64,000 nt of DNA, from the IMG/VR virus record IMGVR_UViG_3300030103_004672, positions 1 to 64,000 of that record. One strand, 5' to 3'. The stretch's first letter is position 1. Every line of letters begins with the position of its first letter. This DNA is from a virus. Shown here in pieces: positions 10,952-19,297 of the stretch. The notes below the pieces were generated by a model. That model saw only the letters and a list, made by a program, of their open reading frames with translations. It searched no databases and was not told the origin of the DNA. Both the position numbers and the translations under genes were made by a program.

Positions 10952-11509
10952 ATGTTTTTAAGTGCAAGAAATAATCAATTTAAGTTTGATTTGCCAAGAA
11001 ACTTTGTGCCACCAGATCTAGTTAAGAAGTATAAGCCATTTCTGAACAAGATTCCCGGCAGTTTAATTACTGAACCTATTGATGCAATAAATTATGGTAT
11101 TCAGTCTATAAATTTGCCTGGACCTGCCTTTGATCCAGTTTCACAAATAGATTATCCAGGCTTTACTAGAAAATTTAGAAGTGCAGCACCGACACAAGAG
11201 CTGTTTGACAAAACGATGACAATAACAATGCAATCGTTTGATGGCTTTTTAAATTATTGGTTAATGCTTGAGATATTTCAGCATTACTATGGTCTTGGTG
11301 GTAATAGAAATCAATTCTTGCCAGAAGGTACTGGATTACAGATATATGATGGTGAGGGTAACATTTTTGTAACTATTAAACTCAAGGAGATGATCATGTC
11401 AGGTATGTCAGCGCTTGACCTAAACTTTTCATCAAATACTATTGAGTTCCAGACCTTTGACGTAAACTTCTCATATAACATATTTGAAGTTGAAGTTAAT
11501 ATCGCGTAA
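10952..11509 (+). CDS. Tail tube/tail completion family protein (gp3/gp19-like)
   Basis: IQSINLPG and FDVNFSY motifs typical of T4-like tube-fold proteins; 185 aa. Confidence 0.65.
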   Translation: MFLSARNNQFKFDLPRNFVPPDLVKKYKPFLNKIPGSLITEPIDAINYGIQSINLPGPAFDPVSQIDYPGFTRKFRSAAPTQELFDKTMTITMQSFDGFLNYWLMLEIFQHYYGLGGNRNQFLPEGTGLQIYDGEGNIFVTIKLKEMIMSGMSALDLNFSSNTIEFQTFDVNFSYNIFEVEVNIA

Positions 11510-11517
11510 ATATATAA
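11509..11517 (+). promoter_or_regulatory. Putative late promoter AATATATAA
   Basis: Recurrent motif, 3 nt before the ATG. Confidence 0.55.
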
Positions 11518-11520
11518 ACT

Positions 11521-11865
11521 ATGAAAACATTTAAAGATTTTAAACAAGAAGGAACAGATAATCTCTTCGAATCAGCTATGGCAGAGCAACTAACACCAGA
11601 GCAAGAAAAAGCTATTGACGAAGTAGTTGATAGAATCTTAGAGGGTGATGCTAACGGTGAAGATTTAGAAAAGATAATGCAAGAAATAGTTAATGAAGGT
11701 ATTATTGGATCTATATTTGGTGGCCTTACTGGTTTTGCACTTGGAAAAACAATTGGGAAAACAATTGCTAAAGTGCTTGGGATTAATAAGGGGATTTTAT
11801 ATGATATGCTAACAAGTAGACTAGTGGGTGCGGCCTTAGGTTCTGCTATTGGCAAAAAGATATAA
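11521..11865 (+). CDS. Putative internal head protein with capsid-targeting peptide and glycine-zipper C-terminus
   Basis: N-terminus MKTFKDFKQE resembles the T4 internal-protein targeting sequence; VNE|GIIGSIFGGLTGFALG. Confidence 0.55.
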   Translation: MKTFKDFKQEGTDNLFESAMAEQLTPEQEKAIDEVVDRILEGDANGEDLEKIMQEIVNEGIIGSIFGGLTGFALGKTIGKTIAKVLGINKGILYDMLTSRLVGAALGSAIGKKI

Positions 11866-11866
11866 T

Positions 11867-12514
11867 ATGCCACAAACGATAGTCGGAATCGACTTTAGTT
11901 TAAATAGTCCAGGAATCTGTATAAAAGAAGAAGACTATTATACTTTTGTTTCCTTTTTTAATTTTGAGGGTAGATCCTTTGATGACAAACGAATACCAAA
12001 GAGATTTAATAATCATCTTGAATTGCAAAATATAGAAGGTGTGATCACAGTGCCTTATAATAGAGTAGTAAAATCAAAAGATTACATTGAAAGAGAACGG
12101 CAGAAGATAGAAGATGCCCAGTCTATAGCTAATCATATAACATCATTTATTTGGAATTGGACGGGATCATCAGAAATAAAAATCTGTATAGAGGGATTCT
12201 CTTATGGTTCTAAAGGAAACTCTTTTATAGATATGGTCGGCTATAATTGGTTGCTTAGATCAGAAATAGTAAAAAGATTTGGATCAGAGAGTCTTCATAT
12301 TTACACTCCTTCATTAGTTAAAAAAACTGCTGGAAAGGGGAACGCTAATAAAGAGTTTATGTTCGAGTCTTTTAAAAGCAACATATTAGAAGACGATCTT
12401 TTAGCGGACAATAATTTCTTTAAATATACATGTTCTAAGGAGAAATTAGAAAAGCCTTTGGATGACCTAATTGATTCTTATTTTATAGTAAAAACCCACG
12501 AGTTGAGCTCTTAG
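11867..12514 (+). CDS. RuvC-like/RNase H-fold nuclease (putative Holliday junction resolvase)
   Basis: IVGIDFSLNSPG, IEGFSYGS, PSLVKK..GKGNANKE, DDLIDSY. ATG 11867 is preferred over TTG 11849. Confidence 0.75.
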   Translation: MPQTIVGIDFSLNSPGICIKEEDYYTFVSFFNFEGRSFDDKRIPKRFNNHLELQNIEGVITVPYNRVVKSKDYIERERQKIEDAQSIANHITSFIWNWTGSSEIKICIEGFSYGSKGNSFIDMVGYNWLLRSEIVKRFGSESLHIYTPSLVKKTAGKGNANKEFMFESFKSNILEDDLLADNNFFKYTCSKEKLEKPLDDLIDSYFIVKTHELSS

Positions 12515-12566
12515 TACTTAAAGATCTTATCTCAACGGAGAATCAGGTAATAGTTATAATGCACTT

Positions 12567-12866
12567 ATGGAAAAAAGTTTCAAAATAAATGCAATTTGTA
12601 GTAATATTTTTTTAAAAAAAGACAGATTGCCAGCACTTTCTAATTATGTTTATGCATACCAGAAAGAAGCACACCTTTATCCACCATACTCTGGAGAGGT
12701 TCTTTCATTAGGAGAAGATATAGATGACGAAGACCTAGAAGTTGGATGCAGAGTTACATTTAATGATATGGCTGGTGAAGAAATTCAATATGAAGGTGAG
12801 ACATATCTGTTGATAAGATATCATAATGTTACGTCAGTGATTGGTAAAGATGTAAAAATTGCGTAA
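12567..12866 (+). CDS. groES: GroES-like co-chaperonin (copy 1)
   Basis: SGEVLSLG...LEVGCRVTF...GEEIQYEGETYLLIR...VTSVI fits the Cpn10 pattern; 99 aa. Confidence 0.7.
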   Translation: MEKSFKINAICSNIFLKKDRLPALSNYVYAYQKEAHLYPPYSGEVLSLGEDIDDEDLEVGCRVTFNDMAGEEIQYEGETYLLIRYHNVTSVIGKDVKIA

Positions 12867-12891
12867 ACATTTGCCAAACTAGATATATAAT
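12864..12891 (+). promoter_or_regulatory. Putative middle promoter TAAACA-N16-TATAAT, overlapping a late motif GATATATAA (12882-12890)
   Basis: One of 8 copies with identical 16-nt spacing upstream of replication genes. Confidence 0.7.
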
Positions 12892-12914
12892 ATGTGATAT
12901 TAATTATCACGGAA

Positions 12915-13013
12915 GGCATTAAACAGGCAAGTATTTTGGCAATTCCCGGGCAACCAGAAGGCAGGTTTGTTTATGTCTATTTTTAACAATTTAAAAAAGG
13001 CAATAAAATGGCA
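12915..13013 (+). repeat. Periodic GGCA array in the ssb leader
   Basis: GGCA at 12915, 12926, 12938, 12949, 12960, 12999 and 13010. Confidence 0.75.
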
Positions 13014-13928
13014 AACGAATTTGATATTTTTAATCTGTCTGCAAAGGATTTAAAAGCAGACGAAGGGACCAAGAAATCAGGGTCCGATCTCTATACTCCA
13101 AAAGCCGATCAAGGCAAGGATGGAGTTTATCGTGCATTGATACGATTTTTACCAAACTTAAAGAATCCACGCAAACCAATGGTGCGAAAGTACATTTATT
13201 GGTTAGACGATCCTACTACTGGAAAGGGATTCTTCGCAGATTCTCCTTCAACTGTCGGAGAACGATGCCCAGTTCAAGACATGTTTTTTAAACTACGTAA
13301 CTCTGAGTCTGCTGTAGATAAGAAAATGTCTGAAGCACTCAAGCGTCGCGAAGTACATTACGGTTTAGTACAAATTGTAAAGGATCCACAGAATCCTGAT
13401 CTAGAAGGGCAAATCAAGATCTTCAAGTTTGGTTACAAAATCAAAACTAAGATTGACGAGGAGTTAAATCCACAGTTTGACGAACCTACACAAATTTTTG
13501 ATCCATTTGAAGGTAAGAACTTTGAGTTAGTTATTTCTAAGAAAGGCGGATATCCTAGCTATGATAGCTGTAAGTTTCAAGGAACTAAATCAGCAATGAC
13601 TCTTAACGGTGAAACTGTTACCGATACCGATGAATCTAGAAAGGCTATTGTAGATTATCTACAAGCTGGACCAGACCTATCTAATTTCGAATATCAACCA
13701 TGGGACGAAGACTTGAGAGGGCGTGTTATGAATGTTCTATCACAATTCTCATCACCTGGCGAGTCTATTGGTACTCTTACCACACAGACCGCACCTACTA
13801 CAGCTTCCCCAGTTGCAGGCTCAGCCGCCACAAATTCAGCTCCCGAACCGGCACCTGCTGCTGAAGCAAAGCCTGAAGTTAAGGCTAACGATGATTTAGA
13901 TGACTTCTTGAATGGTCTAGACCTCTAA
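13008..13928 (+). CDS. Single-stranded DNA-binding protein (gp32-like)
   Basis: ALIRFLP, CPV, IFDPFEGKNF, YPSYD; acidic C-terminal tail DDLDDFLNGLDL. Confidence 0.9.
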   Translation: MANEFDIFNLSAKDLKADEGTKKSGSDLYTPKADQGKDGVYRALIRFLPNLKNPRKPMVRKYIYWLDDPTTGKGFFADSPSTVGERCPVQDMFFKLRNSESAVDKKMSEALKRREVHYGLVQIVKDPQNPDLEGQIKIFKFGYKIKTKIDEELNPQFDEPTQIFDPFEGKNFELVISKKGGYPSYDSCKFQGTKSAMTLNGETVTDTDESRKAIVDYLQAGPDLSNFEYQPWDEDLRGRVMNVLSQFSSPGESIGTLTTQTAPTTASPVAGSAATNSAPEPAPAAEAKPEVKANDDLDDFLNGLDL

Positions 13929-14986
13929 TGTCAGCTGATTCTAAAATACGAGCCCGGGTAATCGAAAAGGTTACCCGGGTTATTCGTATGAATCATACTG
14001 AATATGAAAAGAAGCAAGCAGTACAAGGTCGGGATAGACTAAATTTTGCTTGTCCATATTGTGGAGATTCTACGAATGATCCTCGAAAGAAAAGAGGAAA
14101 CATATATTGGGCAGATCTATTTTTTCATTGTTACAACTGCAATCAGCATAAGAATGTAGATGAGTTTCTTCGTGATTTCAACGAAAGTCTTGAAGGTGAA
14201 GAACGTGTTACCCTTATAAATTCAATAAAAGAATCAAGAAAGAAGTTTAGTAAGATTGAAAACCTAGACTTTTATCTCTTTGAAAAGCTAGATGAACTAG
14301 CACTTGATTTTAACATAATATCAGATTTCTTTGGTTGCAATCCTATAAACGAAGTCTCTGCTAGGGCATATCCTTACCTAAAATCAAGATTGTTGCATCA
14401 CAAGCTAAACAATTTTGGATATAACCCTAGAACACAAGACTTGTATGTTTTTAATTTCAACAGATCTGGTAAAATTATAGGATTTCAAGTAAGGTCTTTA
14501 TCAGGAAGGGGCCCTAAATATAGGACATATAACATAGAAAAGATTTACGACAGAATCTCTAAGCCACTAAATCTAGATGAAGAAGAGATAGCTGCACTAA
14601 ATAAAATATCTATGATATTTGGCTCAATGGTTTCTAACTTTTCAGATACTCTAACTATCTTTGAAGGACCGATTGATGCAATGTTTATGCGCAACTCCAT
14701 AGGTCTGACTGGTGTTAAGAAAAAGGTCATGGATTTTGGAGAGATACAGAATGTAAGATATTTCTTTGATAGTGATATTGAAGGAAAGCGAAAGATGCTT
14801 GAAAAACTCAGAGAAGGAAAGACTGTCTTCATGTGGAAAAAGTTCTTTGATGATCATAGAATCAATCCAAAGATTGTTAAGGATTTAAACGATTTAGTCA
14901 AATACGAATATAAGTATAAGAAAGGTTGTCTCAAAAACTTAGACGACTATTTTACAAACAACTCATTAGATGCAATATACATATGA
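13928..14986 (+). CDS. DNA primase (gp61-like)
   Basis: Zinc finger CPYCGDS...CYNC; TOPRIM motifs EGPIDAMF and FDSD; KDLND. Confidence 0.9.
   Translation: MSADSKIRARVIEKVTRVIRMNHTEYEKKQAVQGRDRLNFACPYCGDSTNDPRKKRGNIYWADLFFHCYNCNQHKNVDEFLRDFNESLEGEERVTLINSIKESRKKFSKIENLDFYLFEKLDELALDFNIISDFFGCNPINEVSARAYPYLKSRLLHHKLNNFGYNPRTQDLYVFNFNRSGKIIGFQVRSLSGRGPKYRTYNIEKIYDRISKPLNLDEEEIAALNKISMIFGSMVSNFSDTLTIFEGPIDAMFMRNSIGLTGVKKKVMDFGEIQNVRYFFDSDIEGKRKMLEKLREGKTVFMWKKFFDDHRINPKIVKDLNDLVKYEYKYKKGCLKNLDDYFTNNSLDAIYI
13951..13984 (+). terminator. GC-rich hairpin inside the primase 5' end (terminator/attenuator-like)
   Basis: AGCCCGGGTAATC-GAAAA-GGTTACCCGGGTT, a 13-bp stem followed by ATT. Confidence 0.55.
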
Positions 14987-15189
14987 AAAAGTTTAGTGAA
15001 TTTTTGTTAGAGACTAACGATTTTTATAATGAGTTTGAAGCCAGATCTAAAAGGCTTAAATTGTTTGTAGACTTCAAACCATCTGAATACGATCACTCAA
15101 AAAGGAGTATTGAAATAGAGAAACCAAAAAAGAAATTTAAGCCAACAACCTCAACATTTACAAAAAAATCTGATAAAAGCATATTTTAA
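14983..15189 (+). CDS. Small hypothetical protein (68 aa)
   Basis: ATGA overlap with the primase stop; starts MKKFSEFLLE, ends KSIF. Confidence 0.55.
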   Translation: MKKFSEFLLETNDFYNEFEARSKRLKLFVDFKPSEYDHSKRSIEIEKPKKKFKPTTSTFTKKSDKSIF

Positions 15190-15638
15190 TGGCATACGAT
15201 GATCAACAGATAGCAAATGATAACCAACAGTTATCTCAACGTTTAGAAGAAGACCGAGCCCTTTGGGCAGATAGAATAAAAGGAATAGTCAGAGACACTA
15301 AGCAAATGAATAAACTCGCTGATGTCCAGGTTAGCATGCTATCGTTTAGACAGATGCTGATAGACAAAACCGTAGAATTCAAAAATATTTTATATAGAAG
15401 AAAGTCTTCATGGGACAAATACTTCAAGGTAAAATATAGAGAATATTCGATAAATTATGATGTAAAACTTAATTCATCGGAGAAGGCTTCATTTATAAAA
15501 GCAGATCTTAGTGCTTTAAAGACACAGATAAATATGATTGAAACCCATATTGAATATTATGGCGAATGCATAAGGACTTTAGACAATATGGCCTTTGCAA
15601 TACGCAATAGAATAAAACTTAACGAAGACGATTTTTAA
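15189..15638 (+). CDS. uvsY: Recombination mediator, UvsY-like
   Basis: About 150 aa, helical, LDNMAFAIRNRI C-terminus, adjacent to UvsW. Confidence 0.65.
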   Translation: MAYDDQQIANDNQQLSQRLEEDRALWADRIKGIVRDTKQMNKLADVQVSMLSFRQMLIDKTVEFKNILYRRKSSWDKYFKVKYREYSINYDVKLNSSEKASFIKADLSALKTQINMIETHIEYYGECIRTLDNMAFAIRNRIKLNEDDF

Positions 15639-17143
15639 TGCATCTGGAGTTAACTCAAGATAAGAGATTTTTACAAATAAAGGCCTGTACTGAACTGGAA
15701 TACGATCAGTTAAAGTCGAGTCTCACTAAAAGAATTGATGGTTGGAGATTTCATCCGTTAGTTAAAAGACGTGTGTGGGATGGAACTATAACATACGTAA
15801 AGGGAAATAAGATACCGGCCGGACTTTGGAAAGAGGTAATCGATATTTGCCGAGAATATTCATTTGAAGTGAAGCTTGACGGTGTTACAAGAATATTTGA
15901 TACAGATATAAATGAAACCGACTTTGTCGCATGGGTTGATGAATTCTTTGAAGGGCACGAACTTAGTCCTAGAGACTATCAAATAGATGCTGCATATAAG
16001 ATATTAAAATACAGAAGATGTTTAGCCGAACTTGCAACATCAGCAGGTAAGACGCTAATATCATTTATGGTCATTGGATATCTTATGGAGGTGCTAAATA
16101 AACAACGCATTCTGATGGTAGTGCCAAATGTCAGTTTAGTAGTACAAGCAACTGGCGATTTTGAAGAATATAACAATGACAAGCTATCGCTAAGAATCCA
16201 ACAAATTTATTCAGGAGCAAAGCTAAGGAAGAGTTCAAACATAGTTGTAGGAACTTACCAATCTTTGGCAAAAAAGGACAAGGCTTATTTTGAACAGTTT
16301 GATGTAATACTAATCGATGAGACACACAAAGCCAAAGCTGCGTCTATTCAGAAAATTATGGATAAATGTTGGCATTGTGACTATAGGTTTGGCTTAACAG
16401 GAACTGTTCCAAAGAGGGGCACTGTAGACAGATTGACTCTTATGTCGGCAATGGGACCATTAGTATGTCAGGTTAAGGCAAATTACTTGCAGGACGAAGG
16501 CTACATAGCAAATTGTAATGTTGTTCAATATCATTTAGATTATGCATCAGAAGAACAAAAGGAATCTTTTTCCTTCTTATCAAAAAGACCTGAAGACAGA
16601 AAAAACCTTTTTGAGCTTGAGAAAAACTTTATAAACCAAAATGATCTGAGGCTTGATTTCGTTTGCAATAAAATAGCAGAGTGTGAAAATAACTCCTTAG
16701 TGTTATTCCATAGAATTGCATATGGCGAAAAAATATACAAACGCTTAAGAGAAACTACAGATAAAATGGTTTATTATGTAGATGGATCTATTAATGCTGA
16801 GTTAAGAGAAGAATTTAAGTCTAGAATGGAACGAGGAGATGGTGTTATAATTGTAGCCAGTTATGGAACTTTCTCAACAGGTATTTCTATTAAAAAGATT
16901 CACAACATATATTTCACAGAGAGTTTTAAAAGCGAAGTTATCATTAGACAATCTATCGGAAGAGGCTTAAGAAAACACTCAAGTAAGGATACAGTTTACA
17001 TTCATGACTTTATAGATGACTTTAGATATAAAAATGCATCAGACGATTGGATTAACTATATCTTTAGACATGGGATTGAAAGAAGAAAAATATATAAAGA
17101 GGAGAAATTCCCATTTGAAATCAAAAATGTTAGATTATTTTAA
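15638..17143 (+). CDS. uvsW: UvsW-like SF2 DNA helicase
   Basis: PRDYQ, ATSAGKT, DETH, GLTGT, STGISI, QSIGRGLR. Confidence 0.92.
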   Translation: MHLELTQDKRFLQIKACTELEYDQLKSSLTKRIDGWRFHPLVKRRVWDGTITYVKGNKIPAGLWKEVIDICREYSFEVKLDGVTRIFDTDINETDFVAWVDEFFEGHELSPRDYQIDAAYKILKYRRCLAELATSAGKTLISFMVIGYLMEVLNKQRILMVVPNVSLVVQATGDFEEYNNDKLSLRIQQIYSGAKLRKSSNIVVGTYQSLAKKDKAYFEQFDVILIDETHKAKAASIQKIMDKCWHCDYRFGLTGTVPKRGTVDRLTLMSAMGPLVCQVKANYLQDEGYIANCNVVQYHLDYASEEQKESFSFLSKRPEDRKNLFELEKNFINQNDLRLDFVCNKIAECENNSLVLFHRIAYGEKIYKRLRETTDKMVYYVDGSINAELREEFKSRMERGDGVIIVASYGTFSTGISIKKIHNIYFTESFKSEVIIRQSIGRGLRKHSSKDTVYIHDFIDDFRYKNASDDWINYIFRHGIERRKIYKEEKFPFEIKNVRLF

Positions 17144-17146
17144 TCT

Positions 17147-17155
17147 GATATATAA
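17147..17155 (+). promoter_or_regulatory. Putative late promoter GATATATAA
   Basis: Recurrent motif at the head of the internal-protein cluster. Confidence 0.65.
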
Positions 17156-17189
17156 AAATATATTACGAAACTCTAAAAAATAAAGTAAA

Positions 17190-18410
17190 ATGCCACGTAT
17201 TAAGAAATTTTCAGAACTTCTAACAGAGTCTAGATCTACAGACGTACAGGAAGTTGTTAAAAAATTAGGATTTAGTTCTTTAGAAGAAATCAAAAAAGAA
17301 AGAGCAATGCTAGCCAAGCTAGAAGCTTTGCTAAAATCTATTCCCCAGTCAAATCAAATAGCAGAGGATGATGCCGATGAAATTGAAGACGAAGTTGTAA
17401 AAATGGGTACTCCAAAATCTTTAGAAGGTGCTGATGGAGAAAAAGAAGAAGATGGTGAAACAGGTGTCGAGGGTGACGTTGAAGAGGCAGAGGAATCAGA
17501 AGAGGTTGAAGCTGAAGTATCAGTAGAAGAACCTGCTGAGGAAGAAGTTGAAGAAGCTGCCGAAGAAGATGAGGCTGAAGATGAGGCTTCTAAAATTGCC
17601 GATGAGGTTGTAGCTAAAGGCGAACCTAAAGAACAACCAGAAGGTGAGGGTGATGAAGTAGTAACTAAAGATCAGGAAATCGAGACAGAAGTCGAAGAAG
17701 AACCTGCTGATGCTGAAGCTGGCACTGATGTTCCTAAGAAAAGAATTAAGTCGTTTGCAGAATTCGTGGCTGAAAAAGAGGTTACAGTTAATAAGAATGT
17801 AAACTATCACGACGACGAAGAAGAGAAGGAAGATTACGGAATGCCAGTGGCTGCATCCGCTGATCCAATGTCTGAAGGAATGTATGAGGATGATGACGAT
17901 GATGACGATGATGATCACGACGATGATGATCATGAAGATCGCGAAGAGCATGAGGGCAAAGAGGATGAGAAGAAAGGTGAAGAACTAGAAGACGAAGGAG
18001 ATGAGGATGTTGATTCAGAAGATGATGCCGAAAAAGAAGTTCATTACAAAGACGCTGTAAAGGATGACGAAAAGGAAAAAGAAGATCTTGAAAAGGATAT
18101 AGAATACGACGAAGAAGAGGAGGACGATGCTAAAGAGGATGAAGAAAAGAAAAATGAATCTCTAACAGTATCATTTGCTAAATTTGTCGCTGAAGCTTAT
18201 GAAGCAGAAGAAACTGAAGAAGAAGAAGTTGAAGAGGAAGAAGTTGAAGAGGAAGATGCTAAAAACGAAAAATATGACAGAGTCGTATTAGGTGGAAACA
18301 AAGGAGACAAATCTAAAACTCATTCAGGTGAAGATTACGAGGACGAGGATGACAAGAAAGAAGAAGGCGAAGAGCCTTTAGCAGATGAGTCTGAAGTAAA
18401 TGAAAAATAA
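17190..18410 (+). CDS. Extremely acidic putative prohead core/internal protein
   Basis: Long E/D tracts; three targeting-like motifs (IKKFSELLTE, IKSFAEFVAE, VSFAKFVAE). Confidence 0.6.
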   Translation: MPRIKKFSELLTESRSTDVQEVVKKLGFSSLEEIKKERAMLAKLEALLKSIPQSNQIAEDDADEIEDEVVKMGTPKSLEGADGEKEEDGETGVEGDVEEAEESEEVEAEVSVEEPAEEEVEEAAEEDEAEDEASKIADEVVAKGEPKEQPEGEGDEVVTKDQEIETEVEEEPADAEAGTDVPKKRIKSFAEFVAEKEVTVNKNVNYHDDEEEKEDYGMPVAASADPMSEGMYEDDDDDDDDDHDDDDHEDREEHEGKEDEKKGEELEDEGDEDVDSEDDAEKEVHYKDAVKDDEKEKEDLEKDIEYDEEEEDDAKEDEEKKNESLTVSFAKFVAEAYEAEETEEEEVEEEEVEEEDAKNEKYDRVVLGGNKGDKSKTHSGEDYEDEDDKKEEGEEPLADESEVNEK

Positions 18411-18419
18411 AATCTAAAA

Positions 18420-19064
18420 ATGAAAAACCTCAAATCATTTGGTCAATTTTTAAACGAGCAAACATCAACTGAAGGTTTGTCAGAAAGAGCAAAGCCAGTT
18501 AAGAAAAGAGACTGGGACAAAGCTGATGATGAACAAAGAGAAGAATGGCTGCTTCAGGCATTTTCTGATCCAGATGATGCTACGGAATTTATTGAAGTAG
18601 ATTGGAAAGACCTGCCACCGACCGCAACTCAGAATATGGTGATGGAAGGCACTAGAGCCCAGGTTGGATTAATCGATCCTACTGGCCGAATCAGAAGTGT
18701 ATATTTGCATAGTGACGGTGGCCCGGATTCTGCTGGTAAAGTTTTGAAAAACAACTATTCTGATACTACTAAAGTCATCAAGTTATTAGATTTAGGAACT
18801 ATGGGGATTTCAAGCCTTGCACCTTCTATGAGGGGCGGTAAAGGTCATGATTTTTATAATAGAAAGCCTGGAGAGACTGTTTTTTATGGAAGAGACCGGG
18901 GCGAGACAGGAAGACCTATGATGACTCTAGGAAACGAAAAAAAGATGAAACAATTCATGGGCGATGCTCTAGGTGACTCAGATTTTCTTTATCTTTGGGA
19001 TTCTAGAGACGGGCAATGGTTAGTTGCAGATGCAAGAACCAAAAAATTACAACCACTTAAATAA
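18420..19064 (+). CDS. Putative internal protein: targeting propeptide plus a conserved phage domain (GTR...YxHxDG.P...YGRDRGE)
   Basis: N-terminus MKNLKSFGQFLNE; VME|GTR junction at 18648. Confidence 0.55.
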   Translation: MKNLKSFGQFLNEQTSTEGLSERAKPVKKRDWDKADDEQREEWLLQAFSDPDDATEFIEVDWKDLPPTATQNMVMEGTRAQVGLIDPTGRIRSVYLHSDGGPDSAGKVLKNNYSDTTKVIKLLDLGTMGISSLAPSMRGGKGHDFYNRKPGETVFYGRDRGETGRPMMTLGNEKKMKQFMGDALGDSDFLYLWDSRDGQWLVADARTKKLQPLK

Positions 19065-19073
19065 TTTATAAAA

Positions 19074-19292
19074 ATGGCAAGACTATTAGGATTTAACGAT
19101 TTTCTTAATGAAAATGAGAAAATAGAGTCAGAAGCTGATTTTAAAGCATATGCTGAAGAAGTTTTAAAGGCAGCACATCCTGATGATTACGATCAGGAAA
19201 TTGCTGATAAAACAATTGCAGATTTGACACAAAAATACAATGGCGATTACGGTGCAATGATCGGAGCACTTACAAGTGGCCTAGGTAAGTAA
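19074..19292 (+). CDS. Small putative internal head protein
   Basis: N-terminus MARLLGFNDFLNE. Confidence 0.55.
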   Translation: MARLLGFNDFLNENEKIESEADFKAYAEEVLKAAHPDDYDQEIADKTIADLTQKYNGDYGAMIGALTSGLGK

Positions 19293-19297
19293 TACTT

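Noticed and set aside
17885-18260. GAY/GAR trinucleotide runs as a DNA repeat or CRISPR-like element
   Set aside because: Fully explained by Asp/Glu codons of the acidic protein; no repeat-spacer structure.
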